Below are positions 43,734 to 57,548 of a stretch of 64,000 nt of DNA, in pieces (the stretch's first letter is position 1; each line of letters opens with the position of its first letter). The notes under the pieces were generated by a model, which saw only the letters and a program-made list of their open reading frames with translations, had not been told where the DNA came from and made no database searches. The translations under genes were made by a program, and so were the position numbers. The stretch spans positions 288,001 to 352,000 of the forward strand of contig CAWAWS010000006.1 in NCBI GenBank assembly GCA_963785725.1, given 5' to 3'. This stretch comes from an uncultured delta proteobacterium. GTDB taxonomy: Bacteria > Myxococcota_A > Polyangia > Palsa-1104.

Positions 43734-44432
43734 CTACCTAACGGCTGATGGGCGTGACAGCGTGCGAATCACGGCTGCCTGCAGATCATGATAAGACGGC
43801 GGCGTCGCCAGCGCTTCCTCGGCGCCCGCATGTTTTCCCGCCTGTCGAATTCCCGCGTCGCCGGCGAGGAGAATCACCGGCGTCGATTGCTGCTCGCGCG
43901 TGGCGTGCGCCTTGGCCGCGCGGATGCAGCGCAGCCCCATCTCCGGCTTGACGTCCAAGTCGACGACGACGAGGTCCGGCACCTGCTCGAGCGCCACTTC
44001 GGCGACGGAGGCGTTGGTGGCCTCGACGATCTCGCAGGCGATGATGCTGCGGATATAGCGGCCGATGAGCGCCAAACGATCCTGCGACGCGGCCACGACG
44101 AGCACGGTGACGCCGACGAAGTTGCGCACCATCTCGTCGATGACGTCGCCGTAATGCGCGTCGAGCGTGTCGAACTGCACGCCCATGCCGTCGGGCAGGC
44201 CGTCGATGTTGCCGCTGCGCACCCAGGCGACGACGCCGACGACCTCGAGCTCGCCGGCGCCCGGCACCGCGAAGCGCAAGGTCACGTGCTCGCCCGCCGC
44301 CAGCGGATCGGTCGTCTCGATGAAGATGCCGCCCTTCGACAAGTTGATCGAATACGACACGAGGAACGCGCCCGCCGTGCGATAGGCGACCTCGAGCGAA
44401 ATCGGGAGGCGTGGTTGGCGGCGATCCGACAT
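43734..44432 (-). CDS. PilZ domain plus degenerate receiver domain protein
   Basis: RRQPR and NLSKGG PilZ motifs; receiver fold (PDLVVVD, PVILL) lacking acidic pair and Lys. Confidence 0.8.
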   Translation of the reverse strand: MSDRRQPRLPISLEVAYRTAGAFLVSYSINLSKGGIFIETTDPLAAGEHVTLRFAVPGAGELEVVGVVAWVRSGNIDGLPDGMGVQFDTLDAHYGDVIDEMVRNFVGVTVLVVAASQDRLALIGRYIRSIIACEIVEATNASVAEVALEQVPDLVVVDLDVKPEMGLRCIRAAKAHATREQQSTPVILLAGDAGIRQAGKHAGAEEALATPPSYHDLQAAVIRTLSRPSAVR

Positions 44433-44435
44433 GTG

Positions 44436-45341
44436 CTACTGCCCGAGCAGCTTCTCGAGGAGCGAATCGAGCTGATCGAGCGAGTGATAGTCCAGCTCGA
44501 TGCGCCCGACCGTCGACGACTTTTGCACCAGGCGAACCTTCGTGCCGAAGGCGCGCTCGAGCTTCTGCTCGAGATCGCGCGTCGAGGCCGTCGACGGCGG
44601 CGTCGCGCCGGCCGGCTTGGCCTTGCCGCCGCCGGCGTCGCCGCGCTCACGCCGTACGAATTCCTCGGTCTGGCGCACGCTGAGCTGCTTTTGCACCACG
44701 CGCGCCGCCGCCCGCTCGATCGCCGGCTCGGCTTCCAAGCCCAAGAGAGCGCGCGCATGGCCCATCTGCAGCTCGCCGCCGGCGACGAGGTTGCGCACCT
44801 TCTGCGGCAGCTTCAAGAGGCGCAGCGCGTTGGCCACCGTCGCGCGATCTTTGCCGACGCGCGTCGCCAGCGCCTCTTGCGTGTAGCCGAACTCCGCCGA
44901 CAGCCGCTGATAGGCCTCGGCCTCTTCGATCGGATTCAGGTCCTCGCGCTGCAGGTTCTCGACGAGCGTCAGCTCGTACGCTTCCCGCTGCTGCACCTCT
45001 TTGACGACGACCTGGATGCTCTTGAGGCCCGCCCGCTGCGCCGCGCGCCAGCGCCGCTCGCCGGCGATGAGCCAGAACCCGCCGCCTTCTTGCGCCGACC
45101 GCTGCCTGACGACCAGCGGCTGCACGAGCCCTTGATGACGAATCGACTCCGCCAGCTCGTTGAGCTTGCCGTCGTCGAAGCGCTGCCGCGGATTGTCCGT
45201 CGAGGGATGGACGTCTTCGATGGCGCACTCGAAGTAGTCGCGCCGAATCGGCGTCGCCGAGGCGGCCGCGCTGGCCACGCCCGGAATCAACGCGCCCAGG
45301 CCTCGGCCGAGCGCCGGCCGCTTGTTGTTCGTCGTCGTCAA
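44436..45341 (-). CDS. parB: Chromosome partitioning protein ParB
   Basis: LGRGLGALI, NPRQRF, IAGERRWRAA, ENLQREDLNPIEEA, HTH. Confidence 0.95.
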   Translation of the reverse strand: MTTTNNKRPALGRGLGALIPGVASAAASATPIRRDYFECAIEDVHPSTDNPRQRFDDGKLNELAESIRHQGLVQPLVVRQRSAQEGGGFWLIAGERRWRAAQRAGLKSIQVVVKEVQQREAYELTLVENLQREDLNPIEEAEAYQRLSAEFGYTQEALATRVGKDRATVANALRLLKLPQKVRNLVAGGELQMGHARALLGLEAEPAIERAAARVVQKQLSVRQTEEFVRRERGDAGGGKAKPAGATPPSTASTRDLEQKLERAFGTKVRLVQKSSTVGRIELDYHSLDQLDSLLEKLLGQ

Positions 45342-45351
45342 TCTGCCCCTT

Positions 45352-46143
45352 TTACGCGGCCTGCCGCTCGCGATGCAGGAACTCCTTGGCCAGCGCCAGA
45401 TAGCTCAGGCAGCCCGAGGAGCGCGAATCGTAGAGCAGGATAGGCTTACCGTGCGACGGCGCTTCCGACAGCCGCACATTGCGCGGAATGATCGTGTCGT
45501 ACACTTTACCGACGTAATGGCTGCGCACTTCGTCCGCCACCTGCTGCGTCAGGTTCATGCGCGGATCGACCATCGTCAGCAAGATGCCTTCGATCTCGAG
45601 GTCGGGATTGAGCGCCGCCTTGACCTGCGCGATCGTCTCCGTCAGCGCCGACAAACCCTCGAGCGCGTAATACTCGCACTGCATCGGAATCACGACCGCC
45701 GTCGCTGCCACGAGCGCGTTGAGCGTCAGCAAACCGAGCGACGGCGGGCAGTCGATGAGGATGTAGTCGTACTGCATCGCGATCGGCGATAACGCATCGC
45801 GCAGCCGCCATTCGCGCCGCTTGACGTTGACCAGCTCGACCTCGGCGCCGGCCAAGTCGCGCGTCGCCGGCACCAGCCACAAGTTCGGCACTTCGGTCAG
45901 CTGCGTCAGCTCGCGCAGCGGCCGCGGCGCCATGTTGGTCTCGCCCGGCGCCAACCCCTCGTAGATGCCTTCGTTCAGCGTCCCTTTGGGGAAGCCGAGG
46001 CCGGACGTGGCGTTCGCTTGTGGGTCCATGTCGACCACGAGGACGCGGTGGCCGGCGGCGGCAATCGAAGCGGCCAGGTTGACCGTCGTCGTCGTCTTGC
46101 CGACGCCGCCCTTCTGGTTCGCGATGGCCAGAATCCGCTTCAT
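45352..46143 (-). CDS. parA: Chromosome partitioning ATPase ParA/Soj
   Basis: IANQKGGVGKTTT, DPQANAT, DCPPSLG, QCEYYALEG, RNVRLSEAPSHG. Confidence 0.95.
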   Translation of the reverse strand: MKRILAIANQKGGVGKTTTTVNLAASIAAAGHRVLVVDMDPQANATSGLGFPKGTLNEGIYEGLAPGETNMAPRPLRELTQLTEVPNLWLVPATRDLAGAEVELVNVKRREWRLRDALSPIAMQYDYILIDCPPSLGLLTLNALVAATAVVIPMQCEYYALEGLSALTETIAQVKAALNPDLEIEGILLTMVDPRMNLTQQVADEVRSHYVGKVYDTIIPRNVRLSEAPSHGKPILLYDSRSSGCLSYLALAKEFLHRERQAA

Positions 46144-46279
46144 TCCGTCGGAGTTTCTATCACGAGAGGCCCTCCCGCCGCTCCTTTTCGGCAGAAAAAA
46201 TTTGCGCAGTATTTCGCCAGCCTGTAGTGGTTTGATGTAGGACAACGACGTACACGACGCCGCACACGAGGAGACGCGA

Positions 46280-46465
46280 ATGAGGGGAAATGCCGCTCCG
46301 AAGGTCTACCGGTCGTTCGAAGAGTTCGAGCGCGACGAGCTGCGCAAGCTGGACGGCATTCACATCAGCATCGACGACATGCTCGATGACATGTTCGCCG
46401 CCGACTTCGCCAACGCCAAGAGCGAGCAGCCGGCGAGCGACTCGCCGAGCAGCCGCGAAGAATAG
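46280..46465 (+). CDS. Small acidic hypothetical protein (61 aa)
   Basis: GAGGAG RBS; host-like codon usage; KVYRSFEEFERDELRKLD. Confidence 0.65.
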   Translation: MRGNAAPKVYRSFEEFERDELRKLDGIHISIDDMLDDMFAADFANAKSEQPASDSPSSREE

Positions 46466-46666
46466 ACCGCGTCCGCCTTCGTCCATCGCGCCTCGCGATT
46501 CGTAATCTTCCTCGTGCTCACCGAAAAATTTTGGCGCGGCGATCATTTCTCGCGCACGAATTCACGACGCGGTCGTCACCGTCGACGTTCTGCACGCTCG
46601 TGCGCGGGCCGTGCGGGCTTGAGGATTGCCGTCGACGATTCGCTGGTTCATACTAGTGACAAGGCG

Positions 46667-46695
46667 TTGACACCTTCGACACTGCATCATACGTT
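46667..46695 (+). promoter_or_regulatory. Sigma-70 promoter of lon
   Basis: TTGACA-17 nt-TACGTT. Confidence 0.6.
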
Positions 46696-46737
46696 CGTGA
46701 TTCTGACCCAGCCGCACAAACCAAGGAGAGGGACCCG

Positions 46738-49185
<2,448 letters not shown>

Positions 49186-49210
49186 CAACCAAGCGCACTC
49201 TCGCACCTCG

Positions 49211-49248
49211 AGCGGCCGCCGGAGAAATCCCGGCGGCCGCTTTTTTTT
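49211..49248 (+). terminator. Rho-independent terminator after lon
   Basis: AGCGGCCGCCGG-agaaatc-CCGGCGGCCGCT followed by T-run. Confidence 0.88.
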
Positions 49249-49263
49249 AGCGCCTCTCGTTAC

Positions 49264-49292
49264 TTGACGCCTACGGACCCCATGATTAGGTT
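49264..49292 (+). promoter_or_regulatory. Promoter of dnaK
   Basis: TTGACG-17 nt-TAGGTT; GGAGG RBS downstream. Confidence 0.55.
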
Positions 49293-49346
49293 TGCCGACG
49301 TCGAAGGAAGCTGAGGCAAAGGCTCCTTCCTGGAGGCCACTGCACA

Positions 49347-51275
<1,929 letters not shown>

Positions 51276-51304
51276 CTCGCAGTCAGACTAAGCGTTAGAA
51301 AATG

Positions 51305-51344
51305 AAGCGCCCGGCGATTTCGATCGTCGGGCGCTTTTGTTTTT
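51305..51344 (+). terminator. Rho-independent terminator after dnaK
   Basis: AAGCGCCCGGCGAT-ttcg-ATCGTCGGGCGCTT followed by TTGTTTTT. Confidence 0.82.
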
Positions 51345-51717
51345 AGCGGCGGCTGACGAAGGCGGCGCGGCCGGCCTCGACGATCGTCGCGAGCTCGTCG
51401 GCGCCGACGCCGAACTCGGTGGCGATGCTGCCGATGATGCGGCGCTCGGAGTCGTCGTACTCGCCGTCGCACAGCGCCATCGCCACGCACAGTCGCAAGA
51501 CCTCGAGGCGCATGTCGACGCCGCGGATGGCGCGGGCCAGCCGCGCCGGATCGAGCGGCTCCGAGATGAACGACAGCCCGCCGACCGAGTGGCGCATGGC
51601 GAACTCGTCGAGGAACGACGCTTCGCGCGCGAGAATGGCTCCGTCGGCGGCGGCGACCGCGGCCAAGGCGCGCGCGATCTCCTGCGCCGCGTCGGGAGCG
51701 AACGAAATGGCGCCCAT
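51343..51717 (-). CDS. TerB-like protein
   Basis: VAAADG..LAREASFL and MALCDGEYDDSERRII repeated TerB motifs. Confidence 0.75.
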   Translation of the reverse strand: MGAISFAPDAAQEIARALAAVAAADGAILAREASFLDEFAMRHSVGGLSFISEPLDPARLARAIRGVDMRLEVLRLCVAMALCDGEYDDSERRIIGSIATEFGVGADELATIVEAGRAAFVSRR

Positions 51718-51741
51718 GGGCGGCGATGATACACTACGCGC

Positions 51742-52611
51742 GTGAGATTGTTGTTGGCCTGCGCCTGCTTCCTCGCGGGCTGCTACGGGCCCGGCTTCTT
51801 CACCGACGGCAGCAGCGTGTCCGTCGGCAGCTTCAACCACGGCGCCTTGCGACGCGGCGCGCGCCTGCCCTCGAGCGGCGAGGGCTATGTCGTGCCCAGC
51901 TTGTGGCGCGAGCGGCAGACGAACTACGCCACCGACGAGCTCGTGGCCGCCATCGAGCACGCGGCGCAGCGCGTCCATCGCGAATATCCGGGCTCGCTCT
52001 TGAGCATCGGCGACATGTCGCGCAAAGGCGGCGGCGACAGCGTGTTACACCGGTCGCACGAGAACGGCCGCGACGCCGACCTCATCTACTACGCCGTCGA
52101 CGCGCAGGGCCGGCCGGCGCCGCCTGCCGATTCGATGCCGCGCTATCCCTATTGGGACGGCCGCGCGCGCACGCCGGAGCCGCAGGAGCATGGCGTCGTG
52201 TACGGGCCGTTTTCGCCGCGCTGGTTCGACGTGCCGCGCAATTGGGCGTTGGTGCGCGCGCTGCTCGAGGAGCCGGGCATCGAGCTGCAGTATCTGTTCA
52301 TCCACGCGCGGCTGCGCGAGAAGCTGCTCGCGTACGCGGCGGCGCGTGGCGAAGATCCGGCGCTGCTCGAGCGCGCCGAGGTCATCCTGCATCAGCCGGG
52401 CGACTCGGCGCCGCACGACGATCACCTGCACGTCCGCATCTTCTGCGCCGAGGACGACCGCGCGTTCGGCTGCAGCGACAAGGGGCCGGTGCGCTGGTGG
52501 AAGAAGCGCTACAAGTACATGACGCCGGCGGCGCCGCGCGTGCCCATCGACGAGCTGGCCGGCGCGCTGTCACAGCTGATCAGCCTGTTGCCGAAGGGCC
52601 TGAACCTCTAG
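51742..52611 (+). CDS. MepA-like penicillin-insensitive murein endopeptidase lipoprotein
   Basis: Lipobox LAGC; IGDMSRKGGG, HRSHENGRDAD, HDDHLHVRI. Confidence 0.88.
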   Translation: MRLLLACACFLAGCYGPGFFTDGSSVSVGSFNHGALRRGARLPSSGEGYVVPSLWRERQTNYATDELVAAIEHAAQRVHREYPGSLLSIGDMSRKGGGDSVLHRSHENGRDADLIYYAVDAQGRPAPPADSMPRYPYWDGRARTPEPQEHGVVYGPFSPRWFDVPRNWALVRALLEEPGIELQYLFIHARLREKLLAYAAARGEDPALLERAEVILHQPGDSAPHDDHLHVRIFCAEDDRAFGCSDKGPVRWWKKRYKYMTPAAPRVPIDELAGALSQLISLLPKGLNL

Positions 52612-52645
52612 CTCGTCGCCGTAACAGCTCCGTCGGCGGCGCGGA

Positions 52646-53569
52646 TCAGCCGTTCGCCGTCAGCTCGGCCAGCTTCTCGCGCGCGCGCTCGATGTCGCCT
52701 TCGTACTTCAGCACCAGATTGAGCGTGTCTTCCACCGTCTGCGCATCGAGCGTCGGCGCGTTCAAGAGCGTGAGCGCGCGCGTCCAGTCGAGCGTCTCCG
52801 ACACCGACGGCCGCTTCTTCAGATCCAGCTCGCGCAGCCGCTGCACGACGCGCACCACCGCCTCGGCCAACGCCGGCGCCGCGTCCGGCTGGCGCGCCTG
52901 CACGATCGCCCGCTCGCGCACGGCGTCGGGATAGCCGATGAACAGATGCAGACAGCGCCGCTTGAGCGCGTCGGTCAGCTCGCGCGCGTTGTTCGACGTG
53001 AGGATGACGAGCGGCCGCGCCGCCGCGCGCAGCGTGCCCAGCTCCGGCACCGAGACCTGGAAGTCGGACAGCACCTCGAGCAGAAAGGCCTCGAACTCGG
53101 CGTCGCTGCGATCGACCTCGTCGATCAAGAGCACGACGCGTTTGGGCGCGCGAATCGCCCGCAGCAGCGGCCGTTGCAAGAGAAAGCGCTCGCTGAAGAA
53201 GGCGTCCTCTTGCGCCGCCAGCTTGTCGACGGCCTCGGCCAGCGTGCCGGCGCCGGCGGTCACTTCGCCGATCTTGTCGCGCAGGATCTGCGTGTAGAGC
53301 AGCTGCTTCGGATATTCCCACTCGTACAAGGCCTTGGCCTCGTCGAGGCCTTCGTAACACTGCAGGCGGATGAGCTCGGTATCGAGCACCGTCGCCAGCG
53401 TCTTGGCCAGCTCGGTCTTGCCCACGCCCGCCGGCCCTTCGACGAGGATCGGCTTCTCCATCTTCTCCGCCAAGTAGACGGCGGTGGCGATCCTGCGGTC
53501 GCTCACGTACGACTGCCCGGCCAAGCGCGCGCTGACGTCGTCGATGCTGTCGAAGCTGTCGGAGCCCAT
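52646..53569 (-). CDS. MoxR/CoxD-like AAA+ ATPase
   Basis: EGPAGVGKT, RLQCYEGLD, LLIDEVD, LTDALKRRC. Confidence 0.9.
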   Translation of the reverse strand: MGSDSFDSIDDVSARLAGQSYVSDRRIATAVYLAEKMEKPILVEGPAGVGKTELAKTLATVLDTELIRLQCYEGLDEAKALYEWEYPKQLLYTQILRDKIGEVTAGAGTLAEAVDKLAAQEDAFFSERFLLQRPLLRAIRAPKRVVLLIDEVDRSDAEFEAFLLEVLSDFQVSVPELGTLRAAARPLVILTSNNARELTDALKRRCLHLFIGYPDAVRERAIVQARQPDAAPALAEAVVRVVQRLRELDLKKRPSVSETLDWTRALTLLNAPTLDAQTVEDTLNLVLKYEGDIERAREKLAELTANG

Positions 53570-53590
53570 TTCGCAGTCAGCCTAGCATGC

Positions 53591-54094
53591 TCAGCGGGCT
53601 TGCACCGCCGGCGCGTCGCCGAGCACGAGTGACGTCGCGGCGTCGTCGAAGTCGCGCTTGAGCTGCGAGCCTTTGAGCATCGGGCCGGCGACCGTGACGA
53701 CGAAGCCGGTGCCTTCGGTGACGGCGTAGAGCTGGCGGACGATCTCGCGGCCGCCGCCGATCTCGGCCTCGAGCCGCATGCGCGTCGCGTCCCCTTTGTC
53801 GACGCCGACGACGACGTTGCGGAAGCCTTGGCGCACGAGCGCGGCGCGGCTCTCCTCGACGAGCGCGCGGGCGGTCGTGCCGACGGCCACTTTTTGGCTG
53901 ACGAGCGTCATGCGGCCGCCGTCGCGATCTTCGTAGGCGGCCAGGAGGCGCGGGTAGTTGCCGGCGCCGAGCGCCTCCCAGCCGACGGGGGCTTCGAAGC
54001 GGACCTTGAGGGCGTCGTTGCGATAGGCGCGGCCGCCGGCCGCCGACGCGACGGCGCCGACGAGCAGGAGCATGAGCGCGAGGCAAAACCGCAT
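53591..54094 (-). CDS. Secreted hypothetical protein (PsbP-like fold possible)
   Basis: Signal peptide MRFCLALMLLLVGAVASA; FEAPVGW motif. Confidence 0.6.
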   Translation of the reverse strand: MRFCLALMLLLVGAVASAAGGRAYRNDALKVRFEAPVGWEALGAGNYPRLLAAYEDRDGGRMTLVSQKVAVGTTARALVEESRAALVRQGFRNVVVGVDKGDATRMRLEAEIGGGREIVRQLYAVTEGTGFVVTVAGPMLKGSQLKRDFDDAATSLVLGDAPAVQAR

Positions 54095-54368
54095 GGCCAA
54101 TCTTACCGCGAATTCGCCGACCGCCGCGCCAAGACGAACCGGTCGCGCCGATCGCGACCGCGATTGTCGCGACGAGCGCGAGCGCGAGCGCGACGGCGCC
54201 GGCGCGGCGACGGTTACCGTCGCTGAGCGGGCCGCGCGCCGCGGCTTTTGCGCCGTGCGGACGCGCTCGTCTCGTCGTCGCCGCGCCGCGCTCGCCGCGC
54301 GCATCGTCGCCATCGCATAGCGCCACACTTGTTCAGTATCAAGGCACGCGTACAGCGCACCATTTCGC

Positions 54369-54398
54369 TTGAGTGTATTCTTCAGAATGGAATACATT
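54369..54398 (+). promoter_or_regulatory. Leaderless promoter with palindromic operator
   Basis: TTGAGT-18 nt-TACATT, 6 nt before ATG; TGTATTC-N9-GAATACA palindrome spans spacer and -10. Confidence 0.65.
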
Positions 54399-54404
54399 CG
54401 ATGC

Positions 54405-55001
54405 ATGGTGCGGGGCGTATCGCAACAAAGCGGCGAAGCGGGAAGCGGCGCGTTCAGCGACCGCGATCTCGACGCTGTCGAACGCGCCCACGGCGACGGA
54501 TTGACGTCCGCGCAAGTCGTCGAGCTGTTCCGCGCCCGCGGCACGAAGCTGTCGGAGGCGACCTTCCGCAAGTACGTGCAGCTCGGCCTCTTGCCGCGCA
54601 GCCGTCGCGTCGGCCGCAAAGGCAAGCACCAGGGGTCGCTCGGGCTCTACCCGGCGATCGTCGTCAGGCGCATCGACGCCATCAAGCGGATGATGGCCGA
54701 GAGCTACACAATCGAAGAGATCCAGCGCTCGTTCCTGCGCTTCAAGGACGAGATCGAAGCGGTCGAGCGTGGATTGAAGGAGCTGTTCGTCGGTTTCGAG
54801 CGTGAGCTGCGCGCCCCGGAGTTCGATCCCGGTCGCCGCAAGCAGCTCAGCAAAGAGATGACCGACGCAAAGCGCGTGGCCGACGACCTCGTCGGTCGCA
54901 TTGAAGGTTTAGAGCGGCAGATTGTCTCGCCGCTCGAACGCGCCGCGAGAGCGCGCGCATTTTCCTCCGGCGCTTCCGGCGGCGCTGGGGACCTGCTGTA
55001 G
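54405..55001 (+). CDS. MerR-like HTH regulator with coiled-coil C-terminus
   Basis: LSEATFRKYVQLGLLP...Y...IKRMMAESYTIEEIQ winged-HTH pattern. Confidence 0.72.
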   Translation: MVRGVSQQSGEAGSGAFSDRDLDAVERAHGDGLTSAQVVELFRARGTKLSEATFRKYVQLGLLPRSRRVGRKGKHQGSLGLYPAIVVRRIDAIKRMMAESYTIEEIQRSFLRFKDEIEAVERGLKELFVGFERELRAPEFDPGRRKQLSKEMTDAKRVADDLVGRIEGLERQIVSPLERAARARAFSSGASGGAGDLL

Positions 55002-55031
55002 CGCGGCTGCAGCAGAAACGAGGAGGGGTCA

Positions 55032-55595
55032 ATGGAACAAGACATGCGCGATGAGTTGGAGACTGATGAGCTCGCGCAAGACGAGGCGGGCGCCGACGTC
55101 GAAGCCAGCGACGGCGGCATCGACGACGCCCGTTCGATCAACCGCAAGATCCGTCAAAAGCGGCGCACGCGCGCGCGCTCGAAGACGATCGCGCCCAAGC
55201 GGTTGACCAAAGAGGAGCTGCGCTTCCGCGAGCTCTTGCCGATTCTCGAAGACGTCGAGCGGCCGGTGTCGCGTGGCGCGTGCAAGACGGACATTCGTCC
55301 GTGCCCGTACGTGTCGTGCAAGCACCACCTTTATCTGGACGTCAATCCGGAGACGGGCAGCATCAAGCTCAACTTCCCGGATCTCGAAGTGTGGGAGATG
55401 AAGGAGACCTGCTCGCTCGACGTGGCCGACAAGGGCGGCATCACGCTCGAGGAAGTGGGCGAGATCCTGAACCTCACGCGCGAGCGCATTCGGCAGGTCG
55501 AAGTGCGCGGCCTGTTGAAGCTGAAGATGGTCGGGCCCGGCGAAGAGCCGATTCCGGGCGATCCCGGCTATCTGGCGCCGGGCACCACGCTGTAG
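55032..55595 (+). CDS. Sigma-70 region-4-only DNA-binding protein with Cys/His cluster
   Basis: [21 protein letters not shown]...[21 protein letters not shown] region 4.2 HTH; no region 2. Confidence 0.82.
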   Translation: MEQDMRDELETDELAQDEAGADVEASDGGIDDARSINRKIRQKRRTRARSKTIAPKRLTKEELRFRELLPILEDVERPVSRGACKTDIRPCPYVSCKHHLYLDVNPETGSIKLNFPDLEVWEMKETCSLDVADKGGITLEEVGEILNLTRERIRQVEVRGLLKLKMVGPGEEPIPGDPGYLAPGTTL

Positions 55596-55945
55596 TCGCG
55601 TCCGCGTTCCCGCTTGCCGCGCGATGATGGGCCGCGCGGGCGGGAACGCGAGCTGCGCACGTCGCGCTTGCCGGCGACGAACCGTTGTTCGCCGCGCCTG
55701 ACGACGCGGCGGTCGTAAATCGCCGCTGATTCGCGCGGCGAAGGCCGTTCGCCGACGGTAGCGTGGCGAGCGGCGCCCGCGCCTGCAGCTGGCGGCGCAC
55801 GGCTCGCTTCGTCGTCTGGGCGCGACGGCGAAGCCGCAACTCCACGTTTGCGCCGACAGGGTGCGCGGGCTCGCGTTCCGCCACTGCCGTTGACTCTTGT
55901 CCGCCGACGAGATACGACAGTCTGCCCTGGTTGGAGTTTGGGCAC

Positions 55946-57541
55946 ATGATCCGCATCAGAAGGGCGCTGGTCTCCGTCTCCGACAAGCGCGGCGTTGAAG
56001 AGCTCGCCCGCGGATTGGCGCGCCACGGCGTCGAGGTCCTCTCGACCGGCGGCACGGCCCGCGCGCTGCGCGAAGCCGGCGCCCGCGTCACCGAGGTCGC
56101 CGCCTACACGGGCGCGCCCGAAATCCTCGACGGACGCGTCAAGACGCTGCACCCGAAGATTCACGGCGGGCTGCTCGGTCGCGCGACGCCGGAGCATCAG
56201 GCGGAGATGCTCAAGCACGGCATCGAGCCAATCGATCTCGTCGTCGTGAACCTGTATCCGTTTCGCGAGACCATCCAGCGCGCGAACGTGACGCTGGCGG
56301 AGGCGATCGAGAACATCGACATCGGCGGGCCGTCGATGATCCGCTCGGCGTCGAAGAATCACGAGCGCGTCACCGTCGTCGTCGAGCCCGACGATTACGC
56401 GGCGCTGCTCGAGGAGCTCGACGGCAACGACGGCCAAGTCTCGCCGGCGCTCAACTTCCGCTTCGCGCGCAAGGCGTTCGCCTACACGGCCGCGTACGAC
56501 GGCGCCATCGCCAATTGGCTGACGGCGATCGACGACAAAGAGCCGGGCGAAGCGGCGACGCCGGTGCTCAAGTCGTTCCCCGAAGTGTTGACCTTGCAGT
56601 TCAAAGAGGGTCGCGAGCTGCGCTACGGCGAGAACCCGCATCAAAAAGCGGCCTTCTATCTCGACGAGGCGATGCCCGATGGTCCGTCGGTGGCGCGCGC
56701 CGAGATCCTGCAAGGCAAAGAGCTGAGCTTCAACAACATCGTCGATTTGGATGCGGCGGTGCAGCTGGTGACCGAGTTCGGGCGGCCGGCGGTGGCGATC
56801 ATCAAGCACACCAACCCGTGCGGCGTCGCCGAGAGTGACGACGGCGTCGCGGTGGCGTATGCGATGGCGCGCGAGTGCGATCCGGTGTCGGCGTTCGGCG
56901 GCATCGTCGCCTGCAACCGCGTCGTCGACGACGATTTGGGGCGCGAGCTGTCCGAGACCTTCCTCGAGTGCGTCATCGCGCCCGGCTTTACCGACGGCGC
57001 GCGCGCGGCGTTGGCGAAGAAGAAGGCGCTGCGCCTGCTCGCCTATCCGACGCCGACGCACGGCCGCTCGGGTTGGCAGCTGCGCGCCGTCAACGGCGGC
57101 TTGCTGGTGCAGACGCGCGACGATCGCATCATCGGCGCCGCCGAAGCCGAGGTCGCCAGCGTGCGGCCGCCGACGGCCGACGAGCTGCGCGCGCTCGATT
57201 TTGCCTGGCGCGTCTGCAAGCACGTCAAGTCGAACGCCATCGTCTTCGCGTCGCTGTCGCAGTCGGGCGGCGTGCGCACCGTCGGCGTCGGCGCCGGGCA
57301 GATGTCGCGCGTCGATTCGGTACGGATTGCGCGCATGAAGGCGATGCTGCCGACGATGGGCTCGGTCTGCGCGTCGGACGCGTTCTTCCCCTTCCGCGAC
57401 GGCGTGGATGCGCTGGCGGAAGCGGGCGCGACGGCGGTCATTCAGCCGGGCGGCTCGGTGAACGACAAAGAGGTCATCGAAGCGGCCAATCAGCACAACC
57501 TGGCGATGGTGGTGACGAAGATGCGCCACTTCCGGCACTAA
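55946..57541 (+). CDS. purH: Bifunctional AICAR transformylase / IMP cyclohydrolase
   Basis: [50 protein letters not shown]. Confidence 0.96.
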   Translation: MIRIRRALVSVSDKRGVEELARGLARHGVEVLSTGGTARALREAGARVTEVAAYTGAPEILDGRVKTLHPKIHGGLLGRATPEHQAEMLKHGIEPIDLVVVNLYPFRETIQRANVTLAEAIENIDIGGPSMIRSASKNHERVTVVVEPDDYAALLEELDGNDGQVSPALNFRFARKAFAYTAAYDGAIANWLTAIDDKEPGEAATPVLKSFPEVLTLQFKEGRELRYGENPHQKAAFYLDEAMPDGPSVARAEILQGKELSFNNIVDLDAAVQLVTEFGRPAVAIIKHTNPCGVAESDDGVAVAYAMARECDPVSAFGGIVACNRVVDDDLGRELSETFLECVIAPGFTDGARAALAKKKALRLLAYPTPTHGRSGWQLRAVNGGLLVQTRDDRIIGAAEAEVASVRPPTADELRALDFAWRVCKHVKSNAIVFASLSQSGGVRTVGVGAGQMSRVDSVRIARMKAMLPTMGSVCASDAFFPFRDGVDALAEAGATAVIQPGGSVNDKEVIEAANQHNLAMVVTKMRHFRH

Positions 57542-57548
57542 GGCCGCA

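Noticed and set aside
44436..46737. parS sites or oriC near parAB
   Set aside because: No TGTTTCACGTGAAACA-like palindrome or DnaA-box cluster seen
49192..49218. CIRCE-like GCACTC-N9-GAG upstream of dnaK
   Set aside because: Outer bases do not match TTAGCACTC-N9-GAGTGCTAA, and it overlaps the lon terminator upstream of the likely promoter
49263..49284. Sigma-32-like CTTGAC...CCCCAT at dnaK
   Set aside because: 9-nt spacer is too short; a 17-nt sigma-70 arrangement fits better
55780..55825. ZMP/ZTP riboswitch upstream of purH (CTGGCG...CGTCTGGGC)
   Set aside because: P1 and P2 stems are absent and spacing is too short; needs an Infernal search to exclude fully
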